Position numbers and translations under genes: made by a program. From the human T2T-CHM13v2.0 reference genome, Homo sapiens: a stretch of DNA of 64,000 nt. Under the pieces are notes generated by a model, which saw nothing but the letters and a program-made list of their open reading frames with translations, was not told the DNA's origin and made no database searches. The stretch's first letter is position 1. The number at the start of each line of letters is the position of its first letter. Positions 1 to 13,101 of this stretch are shown here, piece after piece. Where the stretch lies: assembly GCF_009914755.1 (NCBI RefSeq), contig NC_060948.1. The stretch is one strand, 5' to 3'.

Positions 1-19
1 AAGGGCTATTCTGTATTAT

Positions 20-340
20 AACATAGCCAGTTTCCCATTTCACTGATGGCTGAGAAAAGTATTTGAAAAAATAATTCAATTATCCTCGCAATTCACCTCC
101 TACAAAACACATTCTCCAAGGCATTTTATTTATCACTGACAAACCAGCTTTTACTCTTAATTTGTTTATTCACCATGCCTTGGTGAATGATGAGTAAGTG
201 GTAGTGCAGTGTGAGGTCACTGCCTTGATCAAGTCTAAGATGCCAGCATTTTTGCCTGTGCACCATCAGTGCAATTGTTAGCAAGGTAAAAAGAAAAGCC
301 AGTGACATCTCAGTATTATGATAAAAATAGATGTGTTTTT
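20..340 (-). mobile_element. hAT-Charlie DNA transposon fragment (MER119-like)
   Basis: CACTGCCTTGATC...GCACCATCAGTGCAA...CATCTCAGTATTATGATAAAAATAG resembles the reverse complement of a recalled MER119/Charlie consensus; diverged, ends approximate. Confidence 0.5.
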
Positions 341-972
341 CATAATACCTTGAAGCATCTCTCTCACTCTCAGTGGTGTCAAGCCTGAGCTTTTCAGGTT
401 TGTAATGGTCACCTTTTCATGATAAACTCTGGACAAATGTCCTCCATGTCCGATGTCCTTGTTGATGATTTTTGTAGTCCGCATATCTAGAACCCTCAGA
501 GCAAGTGGGGTTTGCTAACATGACTATCATAATTCTTTCATTTGCTACTGTCGTGGCAGCTTTTAGGTTCCAGGATAAATTTGCTATGACTTGGTGATCC
601 TCCAGAGAGTCTACTTTGAATAATCATTACCAAGACCTGCTTCAAAATAATCAGCCCACTCTTGCCTTACCTTTGTGTTCAGCATTCTGAGAAGAGATAA
701 AAGAGAGGAACACAAGAATGCCTTAGTTACTATCTGTGGTTCTTATGCATTATTAATTTTCTTAATAAAAAAGCCATATGCATGTCAAGATTGATTAGAA
801 TCCTGAATGGCATATTTAATTTTACAAGGGCCATACCATAACTTCCAGCAAACAGAAGTGATGGTTGAGAAGGAATGACTCACCATCCTACTAGCTATAC
901 TAACAGTTACACATGAATATCATGTCTAATGATGTCAATCAAGCTGTCTCATAACTTTATGTATACACATCC

Positions 973-1274
973 TTTTTTTTTTTTTTGAGATGGAGTTTCA
1001 CATTGTTGCCTGGGCTGGAGTGCAATGGCTAGATCTCAATCTCAGCTCACTGCAACCTCTGCCTCCTTGGTTCAAGCAATTCTCCTGCCTCAGCCTTCTG
1101 AGTAGTTGGGATTACAGGCAACTGCCATCACACTGGCTAATTGTTTTTATTTTTAGTAGAAATGGGATTTCACCATGTTGGCCAGGCTAGTCTCCAACTC
1201 CTGACCTTAGGTGATCTGCCCACCTTTGTCTCTGAAACTGCTGGGATTACAGGTGTGAGTCACCATGGCTGGCC
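973..1274 (-). mobile_element. AluS (Sp/Sq-like)
   Basis: poly-T, GAGATGGAGTTTCAC, both arms, ends GGCTGGCC; degenerate TSD TGTATACACAT/TGTCTACACTT. Confidence 0.93.
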
Positions 1275-3660
1275 TGTCTACACTTGTTTTTCCTAATTGA
1301 AATTAATTGGAGTCAATGTATATCAAACAGTTCAACTTATTCATCTAATTTAAATAAAGTCATTCAGTTATTTTTCCTCCTAATGAGCCTGGCTTTTTTT
1401 TCTTCTTCTTATCAATCTGCCCTTTGATAGGCCTTTCTATCACAATGAATTTTTCATATCCCAGGCTCTCAACAGCCTCATAAGTCAGGTGAGATTCAGG
1501 ATCTGCCTGATAATGGGGAAATAGTTGGTCAGTTCAGTCACATTGTGAAAGCAGTTAAGGCAGGGAGGAGTCAAATTCTTCAAACTTAGTGGCAGCAAAT
1601 ATTTGTTCCACACAGTAATTATTTTATAGATGCTGAAAAAATATGCCTGAAATAAAGATAACTGTTAGATTGGAATTTTTTGACCTTGTCATTCTGTATT
1701 CACAACTGTGGACAACTAAATAGTCTCAGAATATTTTGAGAGCTTTTTCCACATAAGTGACTTATTCATAGGGAAGGCTGTATTACCATCTCTTTACAAA
1801 ATCTGTAATTGACAATGACCTTGGAATTAGTAGGTATGATTACTACATGAGGTGTTTAGAGCAATGTCCTGTATTTTCTAAAAACTACATGTTATGAGTA
1901 TCATTTGGGATAACCTCCATGGTCATCTAGAGATGTAACATCCAGAGTTTGGAATGCATCACATGACAGGATCAGATTCTTCTTCTACAATGTTGTGTGC
2001 TCATATAAATCAGTTCTTCATAGTGCCAAAATTTCCAAAGGTTGATTGCCAAGGAAACTAAGAAACAAGTTGTGTGCTGAGGGGGCCATCTTGAAACCAA
2101 CATATTCTTCCCTCATTAGCACTCATGTAGATTAATTTAAAAATACAATCCTCATGTTGGTAATTCTATCTGAATGTCATTTGTTATTAATGTTATTATT
2201 GAGTAAATCATGCAGATTTAAACATGGTAATTAAAATTTTTCACATATTATATGGAGAGATGCATGGCTGATGACATGGAAAGGTCATAGCTCTCACAGA
2301 TCTTCCTGGTGATGATGGACATACCAGCATAGGATGTCCCTAAGTGCCAGCTTTAAAGACTCAGCCTGGTCTCAGGAAAACTAGAATCTAATTAGATACT
2401 TTAAGTGTCTTTGAATGGAGCTGTCAGCATATACATCTTGCAGCTGTGAACATTCAGACATGTATATGGCTACAGTTAAAGAAATGAGTGCTAAACATTT
2501 GTGTAATTGTTGATATATGCATCTAGGTGAAAATCAGCTAGTGGAAAATTTACAGAAATAGTCCAAGCCGAATAGAAAACCAGGGCAGTTTTGTCAGTCA
2601 TCTGAGTAAGTGCCGTGATTCTCTTACTCTCTTTTGCTCAGGATTCAGTCTGTTGGATGAATTTATAAAAACAAACACCTACCACAAGGAAAAGAAAAAC
2701 TTGTTGCAATAGCCACAGACTTCCAGACCAGGTAATGAATACATGTCAAAATATTTCACACTGCATTTTATGTGGGTGGAAAAACAAGGAACTTGTATTA
2801 TTGTTTGTGTTGCTTCATATTACTCTATTTCCTCAGCTGATGGGGCAGACAAAAAGCTCAAGCTTCAACTTGCCAGTCAGGATAAAAATCTTCTCTGATC
2901 TTATATTTTGGGTAAATATTCAGTCAACTCAGAATTCAAACTTCATCAGGTTTGAGCCCTTCTCCACTTCATCTCAAAAGCTGCCTCCCAGCCTCATCAA
3001 AAAATGGTGTCTGGGTTCAGGAGAAACCTCTGTAAGTTTGTAGAGGTCAGAGTATGACCTGTGTATTTTCTCTCCCTTCATCTTTCTTTTCGCCCTGATG
3101 AAACACTGGCAGCTGGCAGAGCTTGGAGGCAGTTCTCCGAGTGAAAGAGATCCTTCCAATTGCTGTCATGGCGCTGCCAGTGGGACCCTCAATTTGGCTC
3201 TCCCTGGTCCTATTGCTCATGGATTCTCTCTCTTCTTTCTATTGGTCTCTTGTTTTGGGCATCCCATTTTGCAGTCCTCCAATATGGAGTAACTTCTCTC
3301 TCCATCCAAAAGAAAGGTAAGCTAAACAATATCTCCAGCTGTCTTCTAGGAAGGAACTACTGGCTCTCACATCAGATGAGTATAGGATTTACATAAGAGT
3401 CAATGACAGATGTTTAGGGTGTTCTCCTGGAATTATTTGTCAGGAGACCTTTCTTTCCCCAGGCAAGGGAAGCTACTTATTCTCTACTTGGATTCCTCTG
3501 GCTAGACTTCAGGAGTCTCCTTCTTTTTGAGGTTCTCAGCTTAAAGAACTTAACCTGCCTACATCTCAACTCTCTGGCTTTCCCTCTCCTTCTTCTTATC
3601 TTTAGTTCATCCTCCCAAAATCGAATAACCTATTATTTCATCTTTATATCTAGTGAGAAC

Positions 3661-3875
3661 TTTTTTTTAAATTAGATTCTAAATTCTAGGGTACATGAGC
3701 ACAACGTGTGGGTTTGTTTCATGTGTACACATGTGCCATGTTGGTGTGTTGCACCCATTAACTTGTCATTTACATTAGGTATATCTCCTAATGCTATCCC
3801 TCCCCGCTGCCCCCACCCTATGACAGGCCCCAGTGTGTGATGTTCCCCATCCTGTGTCCAAGTGTTCTCATTGTT
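3661..3875 (-). mobile_element. 5'-truncated L1PA 3'UTR (~215 bp)
   Basis: poly-T then TTCTAGGGTACATG...CATTAGGTATATCTCCTAATGCTATCCC...GTTCTCATTGTT; degenerate TSD GAACTTT/GGACTTT. Confidence 0.92.
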
Positions 3876-4399
3876 GGACTTTCTTTATATGTTAATATCT
3901 GCACTTCTTTGTCTAATTGCTTACAGAAAAATGCCAGGATTATACTTGCAGGTTTTCCTCTTGGTTTATCAAGAAAAATATTATGGACTTAGAAAGTCTT
4001 TTCCTTTGCTGTCAATACTGTGCATGCAAAACTAGACCATCTCTGAAGATTGAGACAGATCCACTTTGCAAGCCCAAAATGGAGTAATGAGATCTTCATT
4101 CTAGGCATGGGTGATTTTTTCTGAAGGAATTAGTTATCCTGGCTCAGTGGATGCAATGGGCAGAGTGTCATGAACTAGCGAGAAGAAAATGTATTTTCGT
4201 TTACTGTTTCAAATCCACTATAAGCTTTATATTTTAATATGCGTGTATTTTCTATTGAATCCCTGATTTCTCATTTACTGCTAGTTATTAAAGTAAGCTA
4301 GTTTATATATTTATAATTAGGAACAGTAGCGATTATAAATTGTAATACCATAAAGGATAGCATGATTTGAGAGCATAAACTGTAAAGATCAGAAGTTGC

Positions 4400-4725
4400 A
4401 GACCAGGGGCAGTTGTTTGTGCCTGTAATCCCAGAACTTTGGGAGGCTGAGGTGGGTGTATCACTTGAGCTCAGGAGTTCAGGACCAGTGTGGGCAACAT
4501 GGTGAGACCTCATCTCCTCCAAAAAGTACAAAAATTAGTCAGGCATAGTGGTACACACCTGTAGTCCCAGTTACTGGGGATGCTGAGGCAGGAGGATAAT
4601 TTTAGCTTAGAAGCCACAGGTGGCAGTAAGCCATGATCACACCACTGCACTCCAGTCCAGTCTGGGCGACAGCATGAGACTCTGTCTCAAACAAATTAAT
4701 TAATTAATTAATTAATTAATTAATA
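4400..4725 (+). mobile_element. AluJ with (AATT)n tail
   Basis: Alu dimer; TSD ATCAGAAGTTGC at 4388-4399 and 4726-4737. Confidence 0.93.
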
Positions 4726-5302
4726 ATCAGAAGTTGCCGATTTCTTCCTTGAAGACAATGGGTAGAATCTCTTTACAGCTTATGTTGGGCTCAAGTCCTC
4801 ATCCCCAAATTCCAGTCTTTATCTAGGCCCTTCCAGCCATTTGCTCTTGGAGACATGTTGTTATTGAGCCAGTCCAGGGTTTGTCAACCTAGGAGAGAAA
4901 TGAAATATACTCCACCAACAATCACCCATCAAGTCTTGGTAGGAAAGAGAAGAGCAGTGTGGGTCTGTTAACTCTGGAGATCCTAGTTTGTTTCTACATT
5001 GGGCCTCATTCTCCACTCTGCTGTGATCCTGGTGTTGCCTTGACCCTCACTTTGCATCCTAGTCCCTGCATTTCTGTTGGGCTAGAATGTTCCTACTCCA
5101 GTTCTCTGCACTTTTAGCAGGGTAGGTACTAGGAGGTGGGTTATCAGTAATTGTGGGGGGAAAATAGATGGTGTAACATCACACACTCACATGCTCAACT
5201 CCCTCTGGCACTGCCATTGTGCCACAAGACATGTATCTATTGACCCACCCACATAGGCTTAGGAAGGGCTTCTGCTCCCCAAAAGAGCATAAAAGAGCAA
5301 AG

Positions 5303-5520
5303 GTAGCATAAAAGAGACTGAGCTTTGGAATCTTTGGTTCAGATTCCTAGCTGGTCATACACAAGCTGTGTGACCCTGGAAAAATTACTCCATCTGTCAA
5401 AATTTCACCTTCCTCATCTACAAAATCTGAATAATTTTCACCTGCCTACATGACAGAATTCATAGGAGTAAATATTGCATGACAAAGTGCCTAGGACATA
5501 GTACACTCTCAGTAAATGCT
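5303..5520 (+). mobile_element. MIR
   Basis: core GGTTCAGATTCCTAGCT...AGCTGTGTGACCCTGG...TTCCTCATCTACAAAAT; 3' end TAGTACACTCTCAGTAAATG. Confidence 0.8.
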
Positions 5521-8264
5521 TATTTTTTTCCTTTTTATCTGGAAGCTTACCTGCAAAAAACTATTCTCAGCTGCCCCTTTACCCCTGACCTCAGCTGCAT
5601 GTTGAGATTCAAAGTGTCTTTCTATGGTACAGATGCTGAAATCCAGAGGCTGACATGCAAATTGGGCTGAATGATATTTGTATTTTTTTCCATGTTTATT
5701 TCAATTTCAGTCTCCTTAATGTTCACGGTTTTCAAGGTCAGTGGAAAATCATATTGATTCGTATGACTCTGGATGATTACAGTGTTGACTTCATCACTTG
5801 TAGCTGCTTAATGGCTGCAGAATTAACAAAGGAGAAAATAATGTGAACATGGCCAAGGAACAGTGATTAGTGTATGATTGAAAACTTTGATATGTTTGGG
5901 GAAAAATCCATCTACTATTTTGTCCTTTAATGCCAGGCAGTTTTGCTCATATGCTTGAGTACAGTGCAATTTCTACCAGTAGAATTTGCTTTTTATTCAG
6001 ATGGAAAAAATACATGTGTCATAGTAGGATCTGGGAGTTGGAATTTAAAACGTATAATCTAATGAGTGGGTAAAGAGGTAAAGACAAAGACCCAAAGAGA
6101 AATGCTTGAGGGTGAATGGAGAGGAGAAAAGGGCAGGAGGAGATGGGGGCCAGGGTGAGGGAGAGAGAGAGAAAGGAAGAGAGCTTAAAAAAGTATTTTT
6201 ATCTGGTATTGCTTACTGGGAACCAAACTGATTCAACTACTGTGTACCCAGCCTTAATCTTAAGCTTTTGCCTTAATCCAATCCACTGAGACAAAATCAC
6301 TGATTAGCTTTGAAATATATTTTCTAATTGTATTTCTTCATTGTTTTGCAAACATCTAGGTGTCCTAGCTTCAATGAGAAGCCAAGAATATCTGCCATCA
6401 CAGCCAAACACTCTTTGTTGTGAATTCCAGTCCTTCTGATATTGTGAGCCTTTCAGATGTTGGGAAAGAGCTTGTTTTGCAACATACTCTGTTGAAATGT
6501 TATACACAGCTCATGAAAAATATGCCATTTGATAGACTTCATAAATTCATCTGCTATAATAGCCTCTATGATAAAGGTCAACCATGGAGTATGAGGGCAG
6601 TTCCTAATCCCCTCCATTTTCACTCATTTTAATCCTCTCAGAATTAATCCCTAAACTTTGCTGTACTTATGTGAGGAAACACTATGTGCTGCTGAAGCAG
6701 AAAGGTTAGAGCTAGAGGAGATTTTTATTATAAAATAAGGCCCAAGAGAAAAGCAATCTTAGTTGAGCTGGATTTTTCTTAAGATAACTTCTTAGTGAGT
6801 GATAGGAAGTAAGGGAGCTACCTGGAGTATCCCAGCTGGGGGCTTCATCTCCCTGGATAGTAATTCAGAGATAAAAAACTATAGGTCTATTCTGAAGCTA
6901 ATAATTCTTTCTTATGGTACCTTCCATGCCCTTTTCCTAATCTCTCTATAATCTCCTCAATTTTGGATAATCCCAAGCGTATTCATCAAGTTTTCAAGAA
7001 AAATTACTTAAAAAAAGATTTCTTCTTTATTGTAGGCTCACACTTTATGTCACACACATAGGAATCTACATTTTCTATCCATCAAAGTGAGCTGGGTGGT
7101 AGAGAGGAATGGAGGGAAAAAGTACACCTGGTTGTGCTAATCAATTTCAAGCACTTTCCTGTTTTTGCTTTTTGTTTTCCCATGGTGGGAATCCAGAAGC
7201 CTTTCTAAAATGATATGAGAAGGCATGATACTGGGAAAATTCCTCAAACATCAGTGTGAGAGTGTTGACTAAGCCCAGGAAGACAGATATTACCTGTTAT
7301 GGATAGGGGTTCTATGTTTTGCTAATAAGAAATCAGGAGGAAAGATGAAAAAGAAGAAGTGAGGAGGAAAGACAATGCCATAGGAATTGAAGAATAGATG
7401 AAGACATTCTTTTTCCTGTATTTTATATTTCTCACATGTAATTTCATTGCACTTAATTCTTCTATTATCTTGAGCATACACAAAGTCTGTGATATCTATT
7501 GGAATTATCTATGAAAAGTTTATCTTCTAATTTGAGGTAAAATTTGTTTTCTCAGTCAAAAATAAAGGCAATTTTCTTTCAGTCTCTTTCACAAGTGTCC
7601 GGAACAAATCAATATGTTCAACAAATACAATAAATTGCCACAAGCCAATTGGGAATATGTTTGCTCACATTTTCCCAAAGGCAGATGTTCAAAACTAAGC
7701 ACAATTCTCCATGGAATTTCCACTTGGTAAGAGCTTGACAAATGAAATAAATCCACGTGCTGATAAGAGAAATAAAATGTTTCTTATAGGGAAGCTGTAT
7801 ACACATATGTGTGTATACATATATAAATCCACAAATTTTAACTAAGGTAGTATATTGGCATTGCTTTGCTGTTATTCTAGAGTATTGCAAAATGCAGTGG
7901 ATTCCCCACATGGCATGTAGCTTACATATTGTTGGGAAAACACACAGGGAGGGCTCTAAAAATTCTTCCTCTAACCTGTTATGACAATAATAATGATGAT
8001 GTCTAACATTCCTTAAGCACTTGTGATGAGCTTGTATTTAGTAATTAACAGACTCTATAATATTTTCTTATTGATAGAAGCAGTTGTCTTTCTCATTTTT
8101 CAAATTAGGATGTTCATAGGACTAATTTCTTTCAAATGATAATTCTAGACAGAGGACTCCAACTTAAGCCAAGAAGACTTTAAGCTAGTAACTAATTTCT
8201 ATTAGGATATTAGGTAATTAATTCACTAATTCACTCATTCAGTGATGCATCCATTTCTTTAGGT

Positions 8265-8342
8265 ATCTAGAACAGTGTCTGGCACAGAATGGTCACTCAA
8301 TAAATATTTGTTGCATGAGTGAATGAATGAATGATTGAATGA
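8265..8342 (+). mobile_element. L2 3' end
   Basis: CTAGAACAGTGTCTGGCACAG...CTCAATAAATATTTGTTG then (TGAA)n. Confidence 0.75.
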
Positions 8343-8739
8343 GTAACTCTCATGTGTAATCAGCTAGGCTTACAGAGATTGGAAAGAAAAGTTGACCCAA
8401 ATAGGACTGATATCCTCAACTTGCAACTAAATGACAGCAATTGAAGGCAGTTATAGCATATTAAAAGGGAATTCTGGCGAAAAATATAACTTAAGGTGTG
8501 ATAAAAAAAGGTTAGTGGAAGAGAGAGGATTTGACCCTCAGTATAGAAATCAAGAAGCCAGGAATCACAAAAGGGAATGAGAACAAAGGAAGAAAAAAAA
8601 TTTGTAAATTCACAATAGGAAGAATTGCAAATAGAAGGCCAGGCCATGGCAAGTGGAAATTGATTGTGTTATCTAAGTGCAGAAAATAGTCCCTCAAAAT
8701 ATATTAGATGAAAACTTTGGAAATTCCCATTAACCCAAG

Positions 8740-9068
8740 TGTGGTGGGTAGAATAACTCCTCTACCCACCCTAAAGATGTCCATGTTTTAATACTTAAAA
8801 TCTTTGAATATGTTACTTTATGTGACCAAAGGGACTGTGACTCTGCAGATGTGGTGAAGTCAAGGAACTTGAGAGGTAAAGATTATCTTGAATTATTCAG
8901 GTGGGCTTAATATAGTCACAAGCGTTTCTATAATTGAAAGAGGAAGCTTTAGCCTCTTGGAACCCATTTCAGTCTTATGACTGCAAGAACAGTAAGCAGT
9001 GCATGTATGTGTTGTTTTAAGCCCAAGTTTATGATAATTTATTACAGCAGCAAGAGGAAACTGATACA
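8740..9068 (+). mobile_element. MLT1D-like solo LTR (ERVL-MaLR), internally deleted
   Basis: TGTGGTGGGTAGAATAA start, GAATATGTTACTTTA, end CAGCAGCAAGAGGAAACTGATACA. Confidence 0.8.
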
Positions 9069-10140
9069 ATGAGCTAATCTAGAAAGGAAAGCATTGTCTT
9101 CTCAATTTCTTTTTTTTTCTTTTCTGAGTAACTTCACTCAGCGTAATAAACACCCTTGGTAGCTCAAGAACATTAAAAGCTGTGTACTGGTTCACATGGA
9201 CATACCTGAGAAACCTAGCAAAGTGGTGTTTAAGGTATTTAAAATGTTGAAGGTAGCCTCACCCTTTGAATTCAACCTTCACTTGACCTGTGCTACAGCA
9301 TCCAAATAAAATGATTCAAATGCTTTTCCCACCCTAAGAGCAAAATCATCAGCTCACATGTTTGAAGGAAGATCCACCACTTGTCATCTTTATTCTGGGG
9401 AAATACAAATGTGCACACTATTTTTTTTCCAGAAGTTTGGCTATCAGCAAAGCCTCTCAACGAGTTTTCTAAACATATGGAAGGAAACAGTCTGGAATGC
9501 ACCACTTCTTTACATTGAGTCTGTAAACCTTTGCATTGCCAAACTTTCCCTTCCTCTTTTCACAGAGAAACTGATGAATTTTATCCACAGAAACATAATA
9601 GACATTACCTCACAAGACAGCGTGTATTTTCCTTTTTTAAATAAGCTACTTTTGATCACAGCGTGTATTTTCTTATCTTTCTGCAGCATCCGTGATGAAC
9701 AATGACTGTTAGATCATTATCAGTAATTATGACATTTTCTGAGTTGTATAAAAACTCACTACCAAATGGATAACCTTCAAGGATTCTCCAGAAAACATGC
9801 GTTATATACTGGAGGTTTTCTCTTGTTCTTTTTGCTTTTTAAAAGTGAAACATACACAGTTTGATTTTTTGGTGGCTTGACTATGGAAACATCACAGGTT
9901 CTTTAGATTTCTGTGAAATGAGGGACATCCAACTGTGTTTCAAACTTAATGAAAAGCTGTCAGGGTTTCTTTCCCCTAATTTCAACCCTGTGTGAACTTG
10001 CATATACAAAAAGGTGTATCAGAGTCTATTACTGATTTCAAACTAGGACTTCTGATAGAATAGAAATAGGCGTATCATGACTGAGTTCAACCTTCTTGAT
10101 CATGGGGCATAAATCAAACCCTAAAATCCAGACAATCTTA

Positions 10141-10434
10141 TTTTTTTTATTTTTATTTTTTTGAGACCGAGTCTCGTTCTGGCTCTGTCGTCCAGGCTGG
10201 AGTGCAGTGGCGCGATCTCAGCTCACTGCAAGATCCTCCTCCTTCCTGCCTCAGCCTCCTGAGCAGCTGGGATTACAGGCGGATGCAACAAATCCCGGCT
10301 AATTTGTTGTATTTTCAGTAGAGACAGGGTTTCACCATGTTAGCCAGGATGGTCTGGATCCCCTGACCTCGTGGTCCGCCCTCCTCAGCCTCCCAAAGTG
10401 CTGGGATTACAGGCGTGAGCAACCGCGTCCGGCC
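10141..10434 (-). mobile_element. AluY/Sc-like, CpG-rich, small right-arm deletion
   Basis: TTAGCCAGGATGGTCT..GATC..CTGACCTCGTG diagnostic; TSD CAGACAATCTTAT/CTGACAGTCTTAT. Confidence 0.94.
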
Positions 10435-10642
10435 CTGACAGTCTTATCTTTAATTAACTTTACAACCCAAAAGAGATGAGTTAGTTTTGATCTAACAGAA
10501 TTCCTATTTTCCAAGCCCACAAAGAAATTTTGTCCAGACCTATGTGAGTTTTAATACGTGCTAAAATTTATATTATTTCACTTTTCATAATTGTCCACAA
10601 AGACAATCAAGGTAGGATACAGGTGACTGTTTCAAATACAGT

Positions 10643-11006
<364 letters not shown>

Positions 11007-11075
11007 TTATTTGCTCACTTGTTCAACCAATATGATTTAGAATTAAAGACTTAAAGACCTCAAACCTGAACTTTC

Positions 11076-11344
11076 TTCTTTTTCCTTTTTTTAAAGTGAC
11101 AGGTCCCACTCTGTCACTCAGGGTGGAGTGCAGTGGCATGATCACAGGTCACAGCAGCTTCAAACTTCTGGGCTCAAGCAATCCTCTGCAAGCAGGTGCA
11201 GAGCACCATGCTCAGCTAATTTTTTTTTAAGAGATCAAATTTTACCATGTTGCCAAGGCAGGTCCCAAACTTTTGGGCCAAGCAGTCCTCCCACCTGGCC
11301 TTCCAAAGTACTAGATTTACAAATGTGGGCTCCTGAAACCAGCC
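11076..11344 (-). mobile_element. AluJ, diverged and deleted
   Basis: Alu arms; TSD CAAACCTGAACTTTC/CAAACCTGAAGTTTC. Confidence 0.85.
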
Positions 11345-12145
11345 ACAAACCTGAAGTTTCCAAGAAAACATTACTAAAAGTCATGTATTTTTTGGTTAAA
11401 TAACGACAAAAGAAAGACTAAGTAGGACAACATAGAATAATATCAAGTGCAACTCAGAGATCCAATGTGAAGGGAAAGGCATTAAGAAGAGATGCTTTTC
11501 ATGGTCTATTAAATGCCTACTAGGGCCCTAGATCATTGGTAGGAGTTCCATGGAAACGACAAGTGAGAAGTCAGAATTGGGGTCGGGGTATTTATGTTGG
11601 ATAATATCCTAGTATGAGGGGTAAGAACTTACAGGCAAGAAAGTGTCCAGGAAGTAAATGGAATAAAATATTCAGTTCTAGAAAAACCCAGTGGAAAATA
11701 AAGTGTTGGGTTGATATATTTTACAGTAGCACGATGAAGTCTGAGCTAATCTGTTATAAGGGAGAGCTAGAAAGGCAAAGTTGTTTTGGGCAAAACAGTT
11801 CAGAGAACAGGAGTCAGCTGAGTTTGACAAATCACATGACATTTTAAGATGAGAGAGAATAACAGTGAAATATGGTTTTTAATCTTATATGCAACCATCT
11901 TTGAAAATATGATGTGATTGTTCTTGCTTTTTATTTTTATTATCCAGTCCCATGATGTGCAGTCTTTCTCTCAATGTTTTGCTTTGTGATTTTAAGAGGG
12001 AAGTGTTTCCATGAGAAACGATAAGCGTCCAATGGACGTGCTAACATCACAGATGATTTTTGTTTGGCTGTAGGTAACAAGGCTCCCACAGTGGGAAAAC
12101 CAGGGTTAAAATGAAGAATAAATTTATTGCTGGAGAAAAAAAAAG

Positions 12146-12187
12146 TGCACATCCTGCACATTTATCCCAGAACTCAAAGTATAACAA
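12146..12187 (+). mobile_element. L1PA extreme 3' tip (~40 bp)
   Basis: TGCACATCCTGCACATTTATCCCAGAACTCAAAGTATAA matches the L1PA terminus seen at 29715-29750. Confidence 0.7.
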
Positions 12188-12589
12188 TGTCCAGAATGTG
12201 CTGGAGGAGGGAGCGTGTCCTCTTTGGGCAGAGTCTGTGAGATATTTTGATAGGGTGCCTCATGAATTCACCAGGCTAGATCTTGGCTGAAGTTGTGTGC
12301 CTAGCAGTAGAGAGGAAACTTTAACACCGTATATTGCTTGCTCTAATCCTCTCATCATAGGAGGAGGGAGAACCAGCTGAAGGAACCTGTCCCCTTCACC
12401 TGTCTACTGGCAAAGTTGAGCAATGGCTATGATCATGAGCTAGAAAAGAGCATAGGTTGATCTTTTTGAAGTGGTTATATAAAGTTTTTGTTGGTCTTTC
12501 ACTATGCATCCTGAAATACCCCCTACTCCCACCACACTCCCAGTGATATGAATGACTACTTCCTATTCCAAGTAGCAATACATATTCTG

Positions 12590-12830
12590 ATTTCTGACTC
12601 AGGCTGTCTAAACTTCCATATGAGATCTTTCCTTTGCTGTCCTTGCAATGTTGGGAGGTTCCTGAACTATTCTTTAGGATTATTTGTTCTCATCTCTGAA
12701 ACAGGGTGGATGGAATGATACCTCTCTCATTGACTCGTTGGGAGAATCAGAATGAAATGGTATGTGAGGAACGATTTGCACAGTGTCTGGTGTTAACAAC
12801 AAGCACTAACCTGTGCTGGTCATGATGGTT
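12590..12830 (+). mobile_element. MIR (diverged)
   Basis: TTCTCATCTCTGAAACAGGG, AATGAAATGGTATGTGA, GCACAGTGTCTGG motifs. Confidence 0.55.
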
Positions 12831-13101
12831 ATGACACATCCATGAATTCTAATACTTTGAGCCCTGCTGATGGTGAGGGATAATCTAGGAACTCCTGGAA
12901 GGACTATACATTGTTCTGTAATACAGGTGTAGAGGTCTCCTTATGACCTTCAATCATTCACTTGCTTCTCTAGAGCTTCCATTGAGTTTTCTCCTTCCCC
13001 CTTCTTCTTGCTTTGTGCCATGGGGGGATGACAAATGTGGGCTATGTCTGTGGATCCTGTGTCTCTGGCTTCAGCATGGTTTGGGCAATGATAAGCCATG
13101 T

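Noticed and set aside
9692-9742. GTGATGA...CTGA C/D-box snoRNA-like motif pair
   Set aside because: Only 51 nt, no convincing terminal stem or recognisable guide, no host gene
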